Assembly: GCA_963765765.1 (NCBI GenBank)
Contig: CAVXYC010000020.1
Span: 96,001-160,000, forward strand
Direction: 5' to 3'
Source: an uncultured Chloroflexia bacterium
GTDB lineage: Bacteria; Chloroflexota; UBA6077; JACCZL01
DNA length: 64,000 nt
This document shows, in pieces, positions 51,609 through 61,954 of this stretch. The first letter of the stretch is position 1. Each line of letters starts with the position of its first letter. A program made the translations under genes and the position numbers. The notes beneath the pieces were generated by a model that saw nothing but the letters and a program-made list of their open reading frames with translations, was not told the DNA's origin and did not search any database.

Positions 51609-52475
51609 AATTCCATCCCCCAGGGGCTCGCCTCGTATATCGAGTCCGAGCGTCGGGGTAACGAGCGCGAAGGTTCCCCGGCCGTAGCACGGCTGGATGG
51701 ACACCGGCCGCGCAAGCGATTCTCCCAGTCATTTCTGCGCGACCAGCGCATTGCCGACGCTATCGTCCGCGCGGCGCGCCTTACCGGCACAGAGTCCGTG
51801 CTGGAGATCGGTCCGGGCCAGGGCGTTCTTACTCAGCGCCTCGTGCGACAGGCCGCCCGGGTGGTGGCAGTGGAGATCGATCGGGATCTCGCCGCTCATC
51901 TGCCATCCGCGATCAGCGCTGACAACCTCCAGGTATTGACAATGGACGCGCTCGAACTAGACCCGGCCGCTCACAGCTTGAGCGACTACGTCCTTGTTGC
52001 GAACCTGCCCTATCACATCACCTCGCCCATCTTGATGCGCTACCTCCACGAGGTGACGCGCCCGCGTAGCGCGATTCTGATGATGCAGCGTGAGGTAGCT
52101 GAGCGGATATCGGCAAAGTCGGGGCAGTTGAGCTACCTGAGCATCGCCGTCCAGAGCGTCGCGTCGGTGGAAACCGTTCGCCAGGTCCCACCCACCGCCT
52201 TCGTGCCTCGTCCCAAGGTGGATTCCACGGTGCTACGCATCACCCCTCGAACTGATTCAGACGCTTCTCCGGAATTTCTCAAATTTGTTCGCAATGGGTT
52301 TACGCAGCCACGGAAACGGCTGGCCAATTCGCTATCGCAGGGACTCAACGTGCCCAAAGGCGTCCTGGACAGCTTTCTCGAAGAGCGCGGCATCTCTGAA
52401 CAAGCCCGAGCCCATGAGCTGTCAATCCAGCAATGGCGGGAGCTGAGTACGGCCTGGAGCAAACGGGCTGAGTAG
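51579..52475 (+). CDS. rsmA: 16S rRNA dimethyladenosine transferase (true start probably ~51690, after the SRP RNA)
   Basis: RKRFSQSFL, VLEIGPG.G, VEID, ANLPYHIT, M.QREV, F.P.PKVDS. Confidence 0.93.
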   Translation: MRSTVGARSRNSIPQGLASYIESERRGNEREGSPAVARLDGHRPRKRFSQSFLRDQRIADAIVRAARLTGTESVLEIGPGQGVLTQRLVRQAARVVAVEIDRDLAAHLPSAISADNLQVLTMDALELDPAAHSLSDYVLVANLPYHITSPILMRYLHEVTRPRSAILMMQREVAERISAKSGQLSYLSIAVQSVASVETVRQVPPTAFVPRPKVDSTVLRITPRTDSDASPEFLKFVRNGFTQPRKRLANSLSQGLNVPKGVLDSFLEERGISEQARAHELSIQQWRELSTAWSKRAE

Positions 52476-52485
52476 TCAAACGTGC

Positions 52486-52590
52486 CTGGGAGCGCGGGCG
52501 TCCCGCCCGTCCCTCGGTGGCGCGGATCTCTGCACCCGCGACACCGCGCCACGGTTGACTGGCGGGTACAGAGACCCGCGCCACCGAGGG
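52486..52590. repeat. REP-like element plus inverted pair (REPIN-like) between rsmA and ispE
   Basis: CCCTCGGTGGCGCGGATCTCTGCACCCGC / GCGGGTACAGAGACCCGCGCCACCGAGGG. Confidence 0.7.
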
Positions 52591-52626
52591 CGCAGTCAGC
52601 CCGACCATCGAAGATGGAGCCCTAAC

Positions 52627-53490
52627 CTGCCCACCATCGCCGCTCATGCCAAGATCAACCTGGGGCTTGAGATCATTGGCCGACGGGACGACGGATTCCA
52701 CGAAATCCGAAGTGTCTTTGCTCGCCTCGATCTGCACGACACGCTAACCATCAGGCCGGCCGCGGAGCTTGGCGTACGGTGGCCAGCCGGCATGCTGGCT
52801 CCATCGGATGATCTCATCCGCAGAGCGGCATCGTTGTTACGTGAAGTTACTGGGACGGCGCTGGGCGCGCGAATCACCCTGCACAAATCCATTCCGACGG
52901 CAGGCGGGCTTGGCGGAGGCAGCAGCGACGCTGCCGCTACGCTGTTCGCGCTCAATGAGATCTGGCAAATAGGACTAAAAACGGAGGCGCTCGCCCGTCT
53001 GGGTGCGCAGATCGGCTCCGACGTCCCTTCGTTCTTCTCCGCAGCCCCGGCTCTCGTCAGTGGTCGAGGCGAGATCGTTGAGCCCATACCGGCTCGGCCG
53101 TCACTTTGGGTTGTCCTTGTGGCACCCCAATGGAGCATCCCAACCAAGACGGCCACGCTGTTTCGTGCTTTGACACCAAATGACTTTTCCGACGGCTCCC
53201 AGGTCGCAAAAATCGCCGCGACCCTGTCCACGGGCACCGAGAATGAACTGAAGCCGACGAACACCTTCGAGCGCGTGATCGATCAAGCATTCCCAGAATG
53301 GTCGACAACACGAGCCAGCCTGGAGCGCGCATGCGGAGCACGCTTCTGGCTTACCGGAGCGGGCCCGTGTCTCTACGCGTTGCTGCCGAACCAGCAGGTC
53401 GCACAGGATGTGCTCGAACGGATTCGTCCTCTCTCCCTACCCGCACTGATCTCGCAGGTAGTAGACGGCCCGTTACGGGTCGATCCGTGA
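52627..53490 (+). CDS. ispE: 4-diphosphocytidyl-2C-methyl-D-erythritol kinase; probable CTG start
   Basis: AKINLGL, R.DGFH, K.IP..GGLGGGSSDAA, GSDVP, TGAG; GGAG + 7 nt + CTG. Confidence 0.92.
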   Translation: MPTIAAHAKINLGLEIIGRRDDGFHEIRSVFARLDLHDTLTIRPAAELGVRWPAGMLAPSDDLIRRAASLLREVTGTALGARITLHKSIPTAGGLGGGSSDAAATLFALNEIWQIGLKTEALARLGAQIGSDVPSFFSAAPALVSGRGEIVEPIPARPSLWVVLVAPQWSIPTKTATLFRALTPNDFSDGSQVAKIAATLSTGTENELKPTNTFERVIDQAFPEWSTTRASLERACGARFWLTGAGPCLYALLPNQQVAQDVLERIRPLSLPALISQVVDGPLRVDP

Positions 53491-53548
53491 CACGTGCTAG
53501 ACTCGAACCGTTTGTGATTCGTCTTTCAACATCTCGAGGAGGAGACTG

Positions 53549-54976
53549 GTGACGACCATACACCAACTGCCGCCACGTCGGGTCGAGCGCGATTCGATGG
53601 GCGAGCTGGAAGTCCCTGAAGGCGCGTACTACGGCGCGTCGACGATGCGCGCGGTGCAGAACTTTCCCATTAGCGAGCTGCGCTTTAATCGCAGCTTTAT
53701 TCGGGCGCTCGGCTTGATCAAGAAATCGGCCGCCCTGGTCAGTCAGGAGCTGGGTTTACTGGACGAGCGGCGAGCGGGCGCCGTCTCCAGTGCAGCGCAA
53801 GAAGTCTCCGACGGTCAATTTGACGAGCAGTTCGTCGTCGATATCTTCCAGACGGGTTCTGGCACGTCCACGAATATGAACGCCAACGAGGTCATCGCCA
53901 ATCGCGCGATCGAGATTCTCGGCGAGCCGTTTGGCTCGCGCGGCGTGCACCCGAACGATCACGTCAATATTGGCCAGTCATCCAATGACGTGATTCCGAC
54001 GGCGATTCATCTGGCCGCGCTCCTGGAGATCGAAGGCACGTTGGTGCCCGCGCTCAAGCAGCTCGAGGGTTCATTGCGCGCCAAGGCTGATGAATTCATG
54101 CCCATCATCAAAACTGGCCGCACGCACCTTCAGGATGCCACACCGATCCGGCTAGGCCAGGAGTTCCTGGGATATGCCGGCCAGATCGAACGCGCGCTCC
54201 TGCGCGTTGAGTACGCAAAGCAAGAGCTGAGTGAGGTGGCGCTTGGCGGCACCGCGGTGGGCACCGGTATCAACATGCCAACCGGCATGGCTGAGCGTGT
54301 CTGCGCCAAGATCAACGCGGAGACCGGACTCTCCGTCAAGGAGACCGGCAATCACTTCCAGGCTCAGAACACGCTGGATGGTTGTGTGGCAGCAAGTGGC
54401 GCCATGAATACCATTGCCGTGAGCCTGATGAAGATCGCCAACGACCTGCGTTGGATGGGTTCCGGCCCACGGGCTGGAATTGGCGAGATCGATCTTCCGG
54501 CCGTCCAGCCGGGAAGCTCAATCATGCCGGGCAAAGTGAACCCGGTCATTCCCGAATCTGTCTGCCAGGTAGCTGCTCAGGTGATGGGAAACCATACCAC
54601 TGTCACGGTGGCCGGCCAATCCGGCAACTTCGAGATCAACGTCATGATGCCCGTAGTTGCCTACAACCTGCTCCAGTCTATCAATCTACTTGGAATGGTC
54701 TCGAAGAACCTGGAAGAGCAGTGTATCCGGGACATTCAGGCCACCACGCACGGTCCCGACATGATCGAGAAGGGCCTGATGCTGGGTACGGCGCTAGCGC
54801 CGGTCGTCGGCTACGATACCGCCGCGGAGATCGCCAAGGATGCCGCCAAGACAGGCCGCACTATCCGCGAGGTCGCCCGAGAAAAGACGAGTCTGTCCGA
54901 TGTTGAGCTGGATCGAATCCTCGACCCCGCCCCGATGACGGAGCCGGGCTTTGAAGGAGCAGGCGGCGGAGGCTGA
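53549..54976 (+). CDS. fumC: Fumarate hydratase class II
   Basis: FQTGSGT, HPNDHVN, GRTHLQDATP, GSSIMPGKVNP. Confidence 0.95.
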   Translation: MTTIHQLPPRRVERDSMGELEVPEGAYYGASTMRAVQNFPISELRFNRSFIRALGLIKKSAALVSQELGLLDERRAGAVSSAAQEVSDGQFDEQFVVDIFQTGSGTSTNMNANEVIANRAIEILGEPFGSRGVHPNDHVNIGQSSNDVIPTAIHLAALLEIEGTLVPALKQLEGSLRAKADEFMPIIKTGRTHLQDATPIRLGQEFLGYAGQIERALLRVEYAKQELSEVALGGTAVGTGINMPTGMAERVCAKINAETGLSVKETGNHFQAQNTLDGCVAASGAMNTIAVSLMKIANDLRWMGSGPRAGIGEIDLPAVQPGSSIMPGKVNPVIPESVCQVAAQVMGNHTTVTVAGQSGNFEINVMMPVVAYNLLQSINLLGMVSKNLEEQCIRDIQATTHGPDMIEKGLMLGTALAPVVGYDTAAEIAKDAAKTGRTIREVAREKTSLSDVELDRILDPAPMTEPGFEGAGGGG

Positions 54977-55085
54977 CCGGACGAGCGGTCAGAGGTCAGG
55001 GGATATAGACGTGGTCGCTGTGCTCATTTCCGAACTCATCAGACGTTCCCTGACCTCTAGCCTCTGACCTCGGACCGCTCGTCGG
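54977..55085. repeat. Long imperfect hairpin built from GGTCAGA / TCTGACC heptamers
   Basis: GACGAGCGGTCAGAGGTCAG pairs with CTGACCTCGGACCGCTCGTC. Confidence 0.55.
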
Positions 55086-55086
55086 C

Positions 55087-55116
55087 TTGACGCTCCGGGA
55101 GACCGGCCTGTAGGAT
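55087..55116 (+). promoter_or_regulatory. Sigma-70 promoter of tRNA-Gln/glmU
   Basis: TTGACG-18 nt-TAGGAT. Confidence 0.55.
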
Positions 55117-55136
55117 TTTCTCTGGTTAGCTCATAG

Positions 55137-55207
55137 TGGCGAGTGGTGAAGTGGTATCACAGGGGACTTTGGATCCCTTATCCCAGGTTCGAATCCTGGC
55201 TCGCCAG
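55137..55207 (+). tRNA. tRNA-Gln(TTG)
   Basis: TGGCGAG/CTCGCCA acceptor (U1-A72); GGGGA-CT-TTG-GA-TCCCT; GGTTCGAATCC; CCA not encoded. Confidence 0.95.
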
Positions 55208-55238
55208 CCCGTGTGGCAAAAATGAGCCTCCCTACTTG

Positions 55239-56655
55239 ATGAGCGAATCCGTAGACGCAGAGCCTCCAAGTCCAAGCCTCGGTGTGGTGATCCTGGCAGC
55301 CGGTCAGGGCACCAGGATGCGCTCCCCCACCCCCAAGGTGCTGCACCCGCTTGCGGGTCGACCGATGGTTGGCCATGTAGCGGCTGTCGCCCGCCGACTC
55401 ACCCCCTCACTTCTCGTTGTAGTTGTCTCCGCCTGACGGTGATCGCGTTGCCCTTGCGGCCGGGCCCGACGCTATCAAAGCCGTGCAACACGAGCAGCTT
55501 GGCACTGCCAATGCGATGCAAGCCGCTGAACTGGCCATCCGCGACCGCGTGGACACGGTGCTGATGCTCTACGGTGACGCCGCTCTGATCAAGGAAGTCA
55601 CACTGCAACGCATGCTCAATGCGCTGAGCAGGGCGCCTCTCGTCTTCCTCACCGCGGAGCTCAATGATGCGGCGGGCTACGGTCGAGTAATTCGTGACAG
55701 CGCGGGCCAGGTGGCCGGCGTGGTGGAGGAGCGCGACGCTACCGACGCTCAGAAGTCGATTCGCGAGATCAATAGCGGCATCATGGCGTTCCGGAGTGCG
55801 TGGCTATGGGAGCACATCGGTCAAATCCCGCGCCAGCCACACGGCGAGTATTACCTGCCGGATCTCGTCGCCATTGCCATCGCTGAGGGGTCGCCAGTGG
55901 AAACCGTGTCAGCGGAATCGTTAGACGAGGTGGAAGGCGTGAACACACAGGCCCAGCTTGCCTATGCAAACAACGTGATCTGGCAGCGCGAGCGTGAGCG
56001 ACTAATGGCCAACGGCGTGACGCTGCCCGCCCCAGAGACCGTGTTCGTGAGTCCCGGCGTTGAAGTGGCCTCCGGAGCCATTATCCAACCAAACACGCAT
56101 TTGCTCGGTCAGACCACCATCGGCACGCTCTCCGAGATCGGACCGAACTCGATCATTCGCGATACCCGCATCGGCTCAGGCTGCTGCATCGTCTCATCTG
56201 TATTGGAAGGAGCCGAGGTGCATGACAACGTGCAAATCGGCCCGTTTAGCCACCTTCGGCCGGGCGCGGTCATTCACCATGATGTGGAGCTTGGAAACTA
56301 CTCCGAAGTAAAGGCCAGCACGGTGGGCGCGGGGAGTCGCATCCATCATTTCAGCTACATCGGTGACGCAACCCTGGGCGAGGACGTAAACATTGGCGCT
56401 GGCACCGTGACTTGCAATTACGATGGCGAAGCCAAGCACCCGACCACCATTGGGAATCATGCGTTCATTGGCAGCGATTCCATGCTCATCGCTCCGGTCG
56501 AGGTCGGCGAGCATGGGCGCACCGGCGCTGGGTCAGTCGTGCGGCGTGATGTGGCGCCCGGCCAGCTAGTGGTCGGTATGCCCGCTCGGCCCGTGCCCGG
56601 ACGGTCTCCCTCTATCCCGGACGGAGATACTCCCGTAGACGGCGAGTCAGGCTAG
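55239..56655 (+). CDS. glmU: Bifunctional UDP-GlcNAc pyrophosphorylase/acetyltransferase (frameshift ~55432)
   Basis: [33 protein letters not shown], hexapeptide repeats, NYDG..KH. Confidence 0.96.
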
Positions 56656-56661
56656 CAACCG

Positions 56662-57937
56662 ATGTTGGACCAGGGTGTCTTATGGATGCTGCTGCTCGCG
56701 ATCTTGATTGCCGTGATGATCGCGGCGCTCGCTTCGGCGGCCCAGGCCTCGCTGTTCTACATCAACCGCGCACGCGTTAGAACGCTGATCGCGGAGGGTC
56801 TTCCACCGTCGGACGCGGTCATCAAGACCATCGATGAGCCGGCCTCTGGCCTCTCAACCGCGCTCTCGCTGAACGTCATAGGGATCTTCATCGGCGCATT
56901 CGCGGGTGCGATTGTCGGTACGGACCCCAGGCTCCCACAACCGGCCGGGCCCATTGTGACAGCGATTCTCGCGCTCGGCCTTTTCTTGTTTGCCGAGATT
57001 CTTGGCCGCGCGCTGGTGGCCGCCGCGCCGGAGAGCGCGGCGCCCCGACTGGTCCGCCCGCTCAGAGCGATTGGCTGGGTGCTCGGACCGATCGTCAGCC
57101 CCCTCGTATGGCTGGAATCCATGATGCTGCGCGTTATTGGCATGCGATCACGCGGGCTCATGACGGAAGAGGAAGCCCTGGCCGTTGCCGAGTCGCCCGA
57201 AGGCGACGGCGTGCTGGAGCAGGATGAGCGCGCCATGATTCACGGAGTCATAGGCATGAGTCAACGCCCGGTGCGTGAGGTCATGTCACCGCGCATCGAC
57301 GTTGCCGCGGCTCCCAGCAGCGCCACGATATCGGATGTTCTGGACCAGGTCGTGCGATTCCGGCCATTCCCGCATCCCGCTGTATGAAGAATCGATGGAC
57401 GACGTGATCGGCGTGGCTTACGCCAAGGACCTGCTCAAGCATCTCAAGGGCGGCGCACTGTCCGACTCGGTGAAGCCCATCACTCGTCCGGCGTACTTTG
57501 TGCCGGAGTCCAAGAAGGTTGACGAGCTTCTTCAAGAAATGCAGCACCAGGGCGTGCACATCGCCATTGTCGTGGACGAGTACGGTGGAACCGCGGGCGT
57601 CGTAACGATTGAAGACTTGCTCGAAGAGATCGTGGGCGAGATTCGTGATGAGTACGACGTCAACGAGGAAGAGCCCATCCGGCTTATAAGCGACGCCGAG
57701 GCAATCGTTAGCGCTCGCTACTCAATCCGCGACCTCAACGAACAATTTGGATTGAATCTGGACCAGGAAGAGATCGATACGGTGGGCGGACTTGTGTACC
57801 ACCGCCTCGGAAAAATGCCTGAAGTGGGCGATCGTATCCAGGTTGACGGCTGCGAGCTGACGGTCCTGGAAACCGCCGGCCGTCGAGTTCAAAAAGTGCG
57901 AGTTGTTCGGCTCGCCGGGCAAGCCGCTGAGCAATAG
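56662..57937 (+). CDS. CNNM/CBS/CorC hemolysin-family membrane protein (frameshift ~57360)
   Basis: N-terminal TMs, [40 protein letters not shown]. Confidence 0.9.
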
Positions 57938-57982
57938 CTCTTCGGCATCGGATCCAACACCCCGCTAATCCACGGAGCTCCC

Positions 57983-58069
57983 ATGACAAAACTTCAAATA
58001 TCTTTTGTGGCCGTCTCGATGCTGGTCGTACTCAGCATGGTAATCAGCACCTGCCAGGGTTATTCGTGA
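57983..58069 (+). CDS. 28-aa single-TM small protein (not in ORF track)
   Basis: GGAG RBS; [28 protein letters not shown]; TGA overlaps the next GTG. Confidence 0.6.
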   Translation: MTKLQISFVAVSMLVVLSMVISTCQGYS

Positions 58070-58458
58070 CCCAGACACGACAGTCGCGCATGGCCGTCTA
58101 CCGCGACGCCCAACGGCGCTACCGTCCAGATCGGCGCCAATTTGAGCAGCTCGTAATGGAAGTGCTCGAATCCCTTCCCGACGAGCTAAAAGAGCGCATC
58201 GAGAACGTTGCAATCGTCGTGGAAGATGAGCCGAGGTCCGAGCAGTCTGGAGAGTCCCTTCTGGGACTTTATGAGGGAATCGCCCTTCCGTACCGTAGTG
58301 AGAGCTACAACCTTGCGCCGCCGGATCGCATCACGATATTTCGCCGATCCATCCTCGCTACAGCCTCAACCCGTGACGAAGTGCGTAAAGAGATTCGCGA
58401 CACCGTTGTGCACGAGATCGGCCATTACTTCGGGCTCACTGAACACGAGCTTCCCTGA
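58066..58458 (+). CDS. Minimal zincin-like metallopeptidase (DUF1025-like)
   Basis: [26 protein letters not shown]. Confidence 0.88.
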   Translation: MTQTRQSRMAVYRDAQRRYRPDRRQFEQLVMEVLESLPDELKERIENVAIVVEDEPRSEQSGESLLGLYEGIALPYRSESYNLAPPDRITIFRRSILATASTRDEVRKEIRDTVVHEIGHYFGLTEHELP

Positions 58459-58468
58459 GCGCACGATA

Positions 58469-59197
58469 ATGCGCATCGATATCCTGACGCTCTTCCCGGG
58501 CATGTTCAGCGGCCCTTTCGCCGAGAGTATTGTGAGCAGAGCGCAGGACCGCGGAATCGTCAAGATTACGCTTATCGACATCCGCACGTTCGCGACGGAC
58601 CGCCATCACACCGTGGACGACACGCCCTATGGAGGCGGACCGGGAATGGTGATGAAAGCCCCCGTCGTAGCGGACGCTATCGAGTCGGTCCGTTCAATTG
58701 AAGCTCGAGTGATCCTGCTCTCGCCGCAAGGACGCGTGCTGACGCAATCGATCGCGCGTGAGCTGAGCGAGCTCCCACAACTGGTCCTGGTGAGCGGCCA
58801 CTACGAGGGCATTGACGAGCGCGTGCGCGAAACGCTCGTGGACGATGAGATCTCCATCGGCGACTACGTCTTGACCGGGGGTGAGCTACCCGCCATGGTG
58901 CTCGTAGACGCAATCGTTCGACTCATCCCCGGCGCGCTCGGTGACGACAGCTCGTCAACTGATGAGAGCCACTCCGAAGGCCTGCTCGAGTACCCCCACT
59001 ACACACGGCCCCCCGTTTTCCGCGGCGCCGGCATCCCCCCAGTCCTACTCAGTGGCAACCACGCCCACATCGCCGCCTGGCGCCGTTACCAGAGCCTCCT
59101 CCGCACCCAATCCCGCCGCCCCGACCTTTTCACCGAGACCCACCGGGCCGAGCTCAACGAGCTAGAAGTCCGTTTGCGCAAAGCTGGAGTTATTTGA
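58469..59197 (+). CDS. trmD: tRNA (m1G37) methyltransferase
   Basis: [50 protein letters not shown]. Confidence 0.97.
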   Translation: MRIDILTLFPGMFSGPFAESIVSRAQDRGIVKITLIDIRTFATDRHHTVDDTPYGGGPGMVMKAPVVADAIESVRSIEARVILLSPQGRVLTQSIARELSELPQLVLVSGHYEGIDERVRETLVDDEISIGDYVLTGGELPAMVLVDAIVRLIPGALGDDSSSTDESHSEGLLEYPHYTRPPVFRGAGIPPVLLSGNHAHIAAWRRYQSLLRTQSRRPDLFTETHRAELNELEVRLRKAGVI

Positions 59198-59217
59198 ACT
59201 GCTCGTACAGGAAAAGA

Positions 59218-59321
59218 CCCCAACCCAGCCCTCCCCGTGCGTGGTCGTGCGGGGAGGTACCCGGAGACAATTGTTTCTGGTTCATGCTCCCTCCCCGCGC
59301 ACGGGGAGGGCTGGGGTAGGG
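59218..59321. repeat. Inverted pair of CCCTCCCC...GGGGAGGG hairpin repeats
   Basis: CCCCAACCCAGCCCTCCCCG...CGGGGAGG and CCCTCCCCGCGCACGGGGAGGGCTGGGGTAGGG. Confidence 0.65.
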
Positions 59322-59378
59322 TGGATTCATTGGGCAATGCTAGCTCGGACATCAAAGCCCTTACCCCTACTCCTCAAC

Positions 59379-59387
59379 TGATATAAT
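59379..59387 (+). promoter_or_regulatory. Extended -10 promoter of the tRNA-Ser pair
   Basis: TGnTATAAT 15 nt before the tRNA. Confidence 0.55.
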
Positions 59388-59402
59388 CTTGCTCACGTGT
59401 TT

Positions 59403-59489
59403 GGAGGGGTGGCCGAGCGGTTGAAGGCGGCTGTCTTGAAAACAGTTAGGTGATGAGCCTCGGGGGTTCGAATCCCTCCCCCTCCGCCA
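59403..59489 (+). tRNA. tRNA-Ser(TGA)
   Basis: GGAGGGG/CCCCTCC-GCCA; CTGT-CT-TGA-AA-ACAG; long variable arm. Confidence 0.96.
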
Positions 59490-59514
59490 GTATTGCTCAC
59501 AATTGAATAGATCG

Positions 59515-59604
59515 GGAGGAGTCGCATAGTGGTCTAGTGCGGCCGCCTGCTAAGCGGTTAGGGGCCCTTAAAGCCTCTCGAGGGTTCGAATCCCTCCTCC
59601 TCCG
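59515..59604 (+). tRNA. tRNA-Ser(GCT)
   Basis: GGAGGAG/CTCCTCC-G; CCGC-CT-GCT-AA-GCGG; long variable arm. Confidence 0.95.
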
Positions 59605-59911
59605 CCCACTCAATGCCTCGATACACTTCATCGAGGATTGTTTCTTTCGGGCATCGGAGGAACTGTTGTCAAGGTGTTGTCAGACGCAGCTCCAAAATCA
59701 ATGGGCCTGCCAGTTCCACGACTGACAGGCCCGTCTGATATACCGTCAAGCCATGACCCTGGCTTGGCTCCCGCAGTCCCGGTGCCCGCAATGATCGTAG
59801 AACCATGCTGCGCGGCTACGGAGCTTGCTGCGGTTCCCATGTATGCGCATGGGCCTCGATGCGCTGACTCTCCTGCCATTGAGGGATGAACACTAAACAG
59901 AATTCGACACG

Positions 59912-61016
59912 CTAGGCGAAGCTGGTTCCAGCTCCAACAACGCCGACATCACGAGCCTGAAGCTTGGCCGCTAGCCTCTCGATCGAATCAACCGACCCGG
60001 CAGATGGTTCAGCGATTCTTCCGTGAGCAATATCGTTGCGGATGTCCTTGAGATCAAGGAACTCATCGTAGTCCGAATCACCTATGTGGGTCCAGCTACA
60101 TACTCTGCACCACACAAACTGATCCACCAGTGGAGTGTTCTCCTTCTTCTTCGGGAGGCGAGGTAGGGCCACGCCGTTCGCAGCGGTGCGAACACGCGCA
60201 TCACTGGTGACAATTCGCGCGAGCCAAGCCGAGTGGTCTATAGAGCCAAACGTCATATTCGTTTCGATCTCGATAGAGAGAAAGAAGTACAGAAACCGCT
60301 TGAGAAGGTCACTTTCTCGAAGTGCTAGGTGGAAGAAACGAGAGGTCTCGGTCTGAGTGTCGCCGCGAGCACCGTCGCCCGCTGAATCAGCGCCGAAATC
60401 TCGTCTCCGGGAATCGACTCGGAAGCGTAACCGAAGCCAATATCTCGACTCTGACATCGTCGAGAAGCACACCGTCGGGCGTTAGCCCGAATGTATCGCT
60501 GGTGATCGGCCTGAGTTGGATAGAGAATTTCGTTGAATGGAAGACGGACTGGAGAGCAGACTCTAGTGATGGCAGCACCTTCCTTTCGAGGGGTCGCAAC
60601 TCACCCTTCGCCTTCGAGAACGAATCGTAATTAATGATGCATCCGTCGTCATATTTGACGCGCCCAGTAACGACTGAAAACATCGCCGTTGGACCAAACC
60701 TTACGCCGACGAATGGTGCCGAACATTGATTTTCTTTGGCCCATGCAGATTCGTCTTGACAGATCTCAATGTCGGCAAGCACTTGAGCGACTGCGTTCAC
60801 GCTGGAACCAATTGCTAACTCGTAGGGTATACCCGCGATCTCCGCTTTCGCTGAAATCAGATCCTCCGATGCGAGCGTGAAGCCACGAACCTCGTAAATG
60901 TGGAGACTGAAGAACTCCGCGCTGATGGATTCGATCCTCCAAGAGTGGGCGAAATCCCATAATCTCGATAGCGTCGTCCGATAGTGGCGGAGCCATGTGA
61001 TCACCAAACCGCTCAA
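59912..61016 (-). CDS. ApeA/MauL-like protein with C-terminal HEPN domain (frameshift ~60390)
   Basis: FFHLAL...RFLYFFLSIE and IRNDIAHG (RxxxxH) in ORF 59912..60472; N-terminus in 60387..61016. Confidence 0.65.
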
Positions 61017-61168
61017 AGTGCTGACTAGGAGTTGTTCCTATATCCTGCCAGATCCTATAACGCTAGGCCCTCGTTTTTCTGGAGCACTATGCCGCGAGAT
61101 GTCCGAACGATGGGGTGAGTTCCGGGTGCCGTAAATGGACGTAGTTCTGATCTTATGGTCGGATGGCG

Positions 61169-61417
61169 TCACATGCCGAGGAGTTGCTGAGTATCGTTAG
61201 CCAACTCCTGCAACCGAATCTCAGATGTTCGATGCCGGGGATGCATGGACTCCCACTGGCGAACGTGATCGATGTCGGCCAGCGTGATCCGAGCCAGAAG
61301 TGCTGGTGTCAGAGGGCGGGCAGGATCAGAGAGCGTCGAGGTGCTGGTCCGAAGGTTGCCACGGGCCAGCGTACGCCGAAGCTCGTCAGCAAGACCATCC
61401 AACTCCGACCACTCCAT
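61169..61417 (-). CDS. Hypothetical 82-aa protein
   Basis: GGGAG RBS 5 nt before ATG; helical composition. Confidence 0.45.
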   Translation of the reverse strand: MEWSELDGLADELRRTLARGNLRTSTSTLSDPARPLTPALLARITLADIDHVRQWESMHPRHRTSEIRLQELANDTQQLLGM

Positions 61418-61605
61418 GACAACTCCCGTTAAGGTGCCCTGGCCTCCCTAATAGCCTGCCACGCTTCCAACGCAGGGGCTAGTGCAGAACCCCATACATA
61501 ATGGATCGGAACTTTCGGGGCCGAGTTGGTTCTGCGGCACATCTTGACACGCCGGAACCAGAACCTACACTGGAGATGCGGAAAGGTCCCCCAGGGAGGA
61601 TGGCC

Positions 61606-61932
61606 ATGCCAGTCTACATGACGCAGTTTTCGTACACGACGGAGGCCTGGCAGGCGATGGCCCGCAATCCGGTTGACCGCCGGCAGGTGCTGCGGCCCTT
61701 GATGGAGGCGGTCGGCGGCCGACTCATCGATCTGTACTATGCGTTCGGGGATTACGATGGGGTCGTGCTGTACGAGGCGCCGGACGATGCGGCCGCTTCG
61801 GCTGCTGTACTTGCAGTGGTCGTGTCCGGTACCGCGAAACCGGTCAAGACGACGAAGCTGCTCACCGTCGACGAGGCGCTGCCGGCGCTCCGCAAGGCGA
61901 GGGAACTATCCTACCAGCGGCCCACTGCATAA
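61606..61932 (+). CDS. GYD-domain protein
   Basis: YT.E.W, P.DR, GG.L...YYAFGDYD.V...E.PD, KT..LLT.DE; GGAGG RBS. Confidence 0.88.
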   Translation: MPVYMTQFSYTTEAWQAMARNPVDRRQVLRPLMEAVGGRLIDLYYAFGDYDGVVLYEAPDDAAASAAVLAVVVSGTAKPVKTTKLLTVDEALPALRKARELSYQRPTA

Positions 61933-61954
61933 CCGTTCGGCACCGCAGTGCGGA

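Noticed and set aside
51579-51690. rsmA N-terminal extension overlapping the SRP RNA
   Set aside because: The ATG and GTG lie inside the RNA gene; the real start is more likely ~51690-51700 (indel or non-canonical codon)
55143-55238. Protein-coding extension of glmU
   Set aside because: The sequence is tRNA-Gln
31856-57937. Many split genes (gatA, acs, aminotransferase, etfA, Rieske, glmU, CNNM) as pseudogenes or programmed frameshifts
   Set aside because: Essential genes are hit, the halves are intact and no shared slippery motif is evident; sequencing indels are the simplest explanation
61040-61140. Integron attC site before the HEPN gene
   Set aside because: No matching RYYYAAC/GTTRRRY pair with a hairpin could be found
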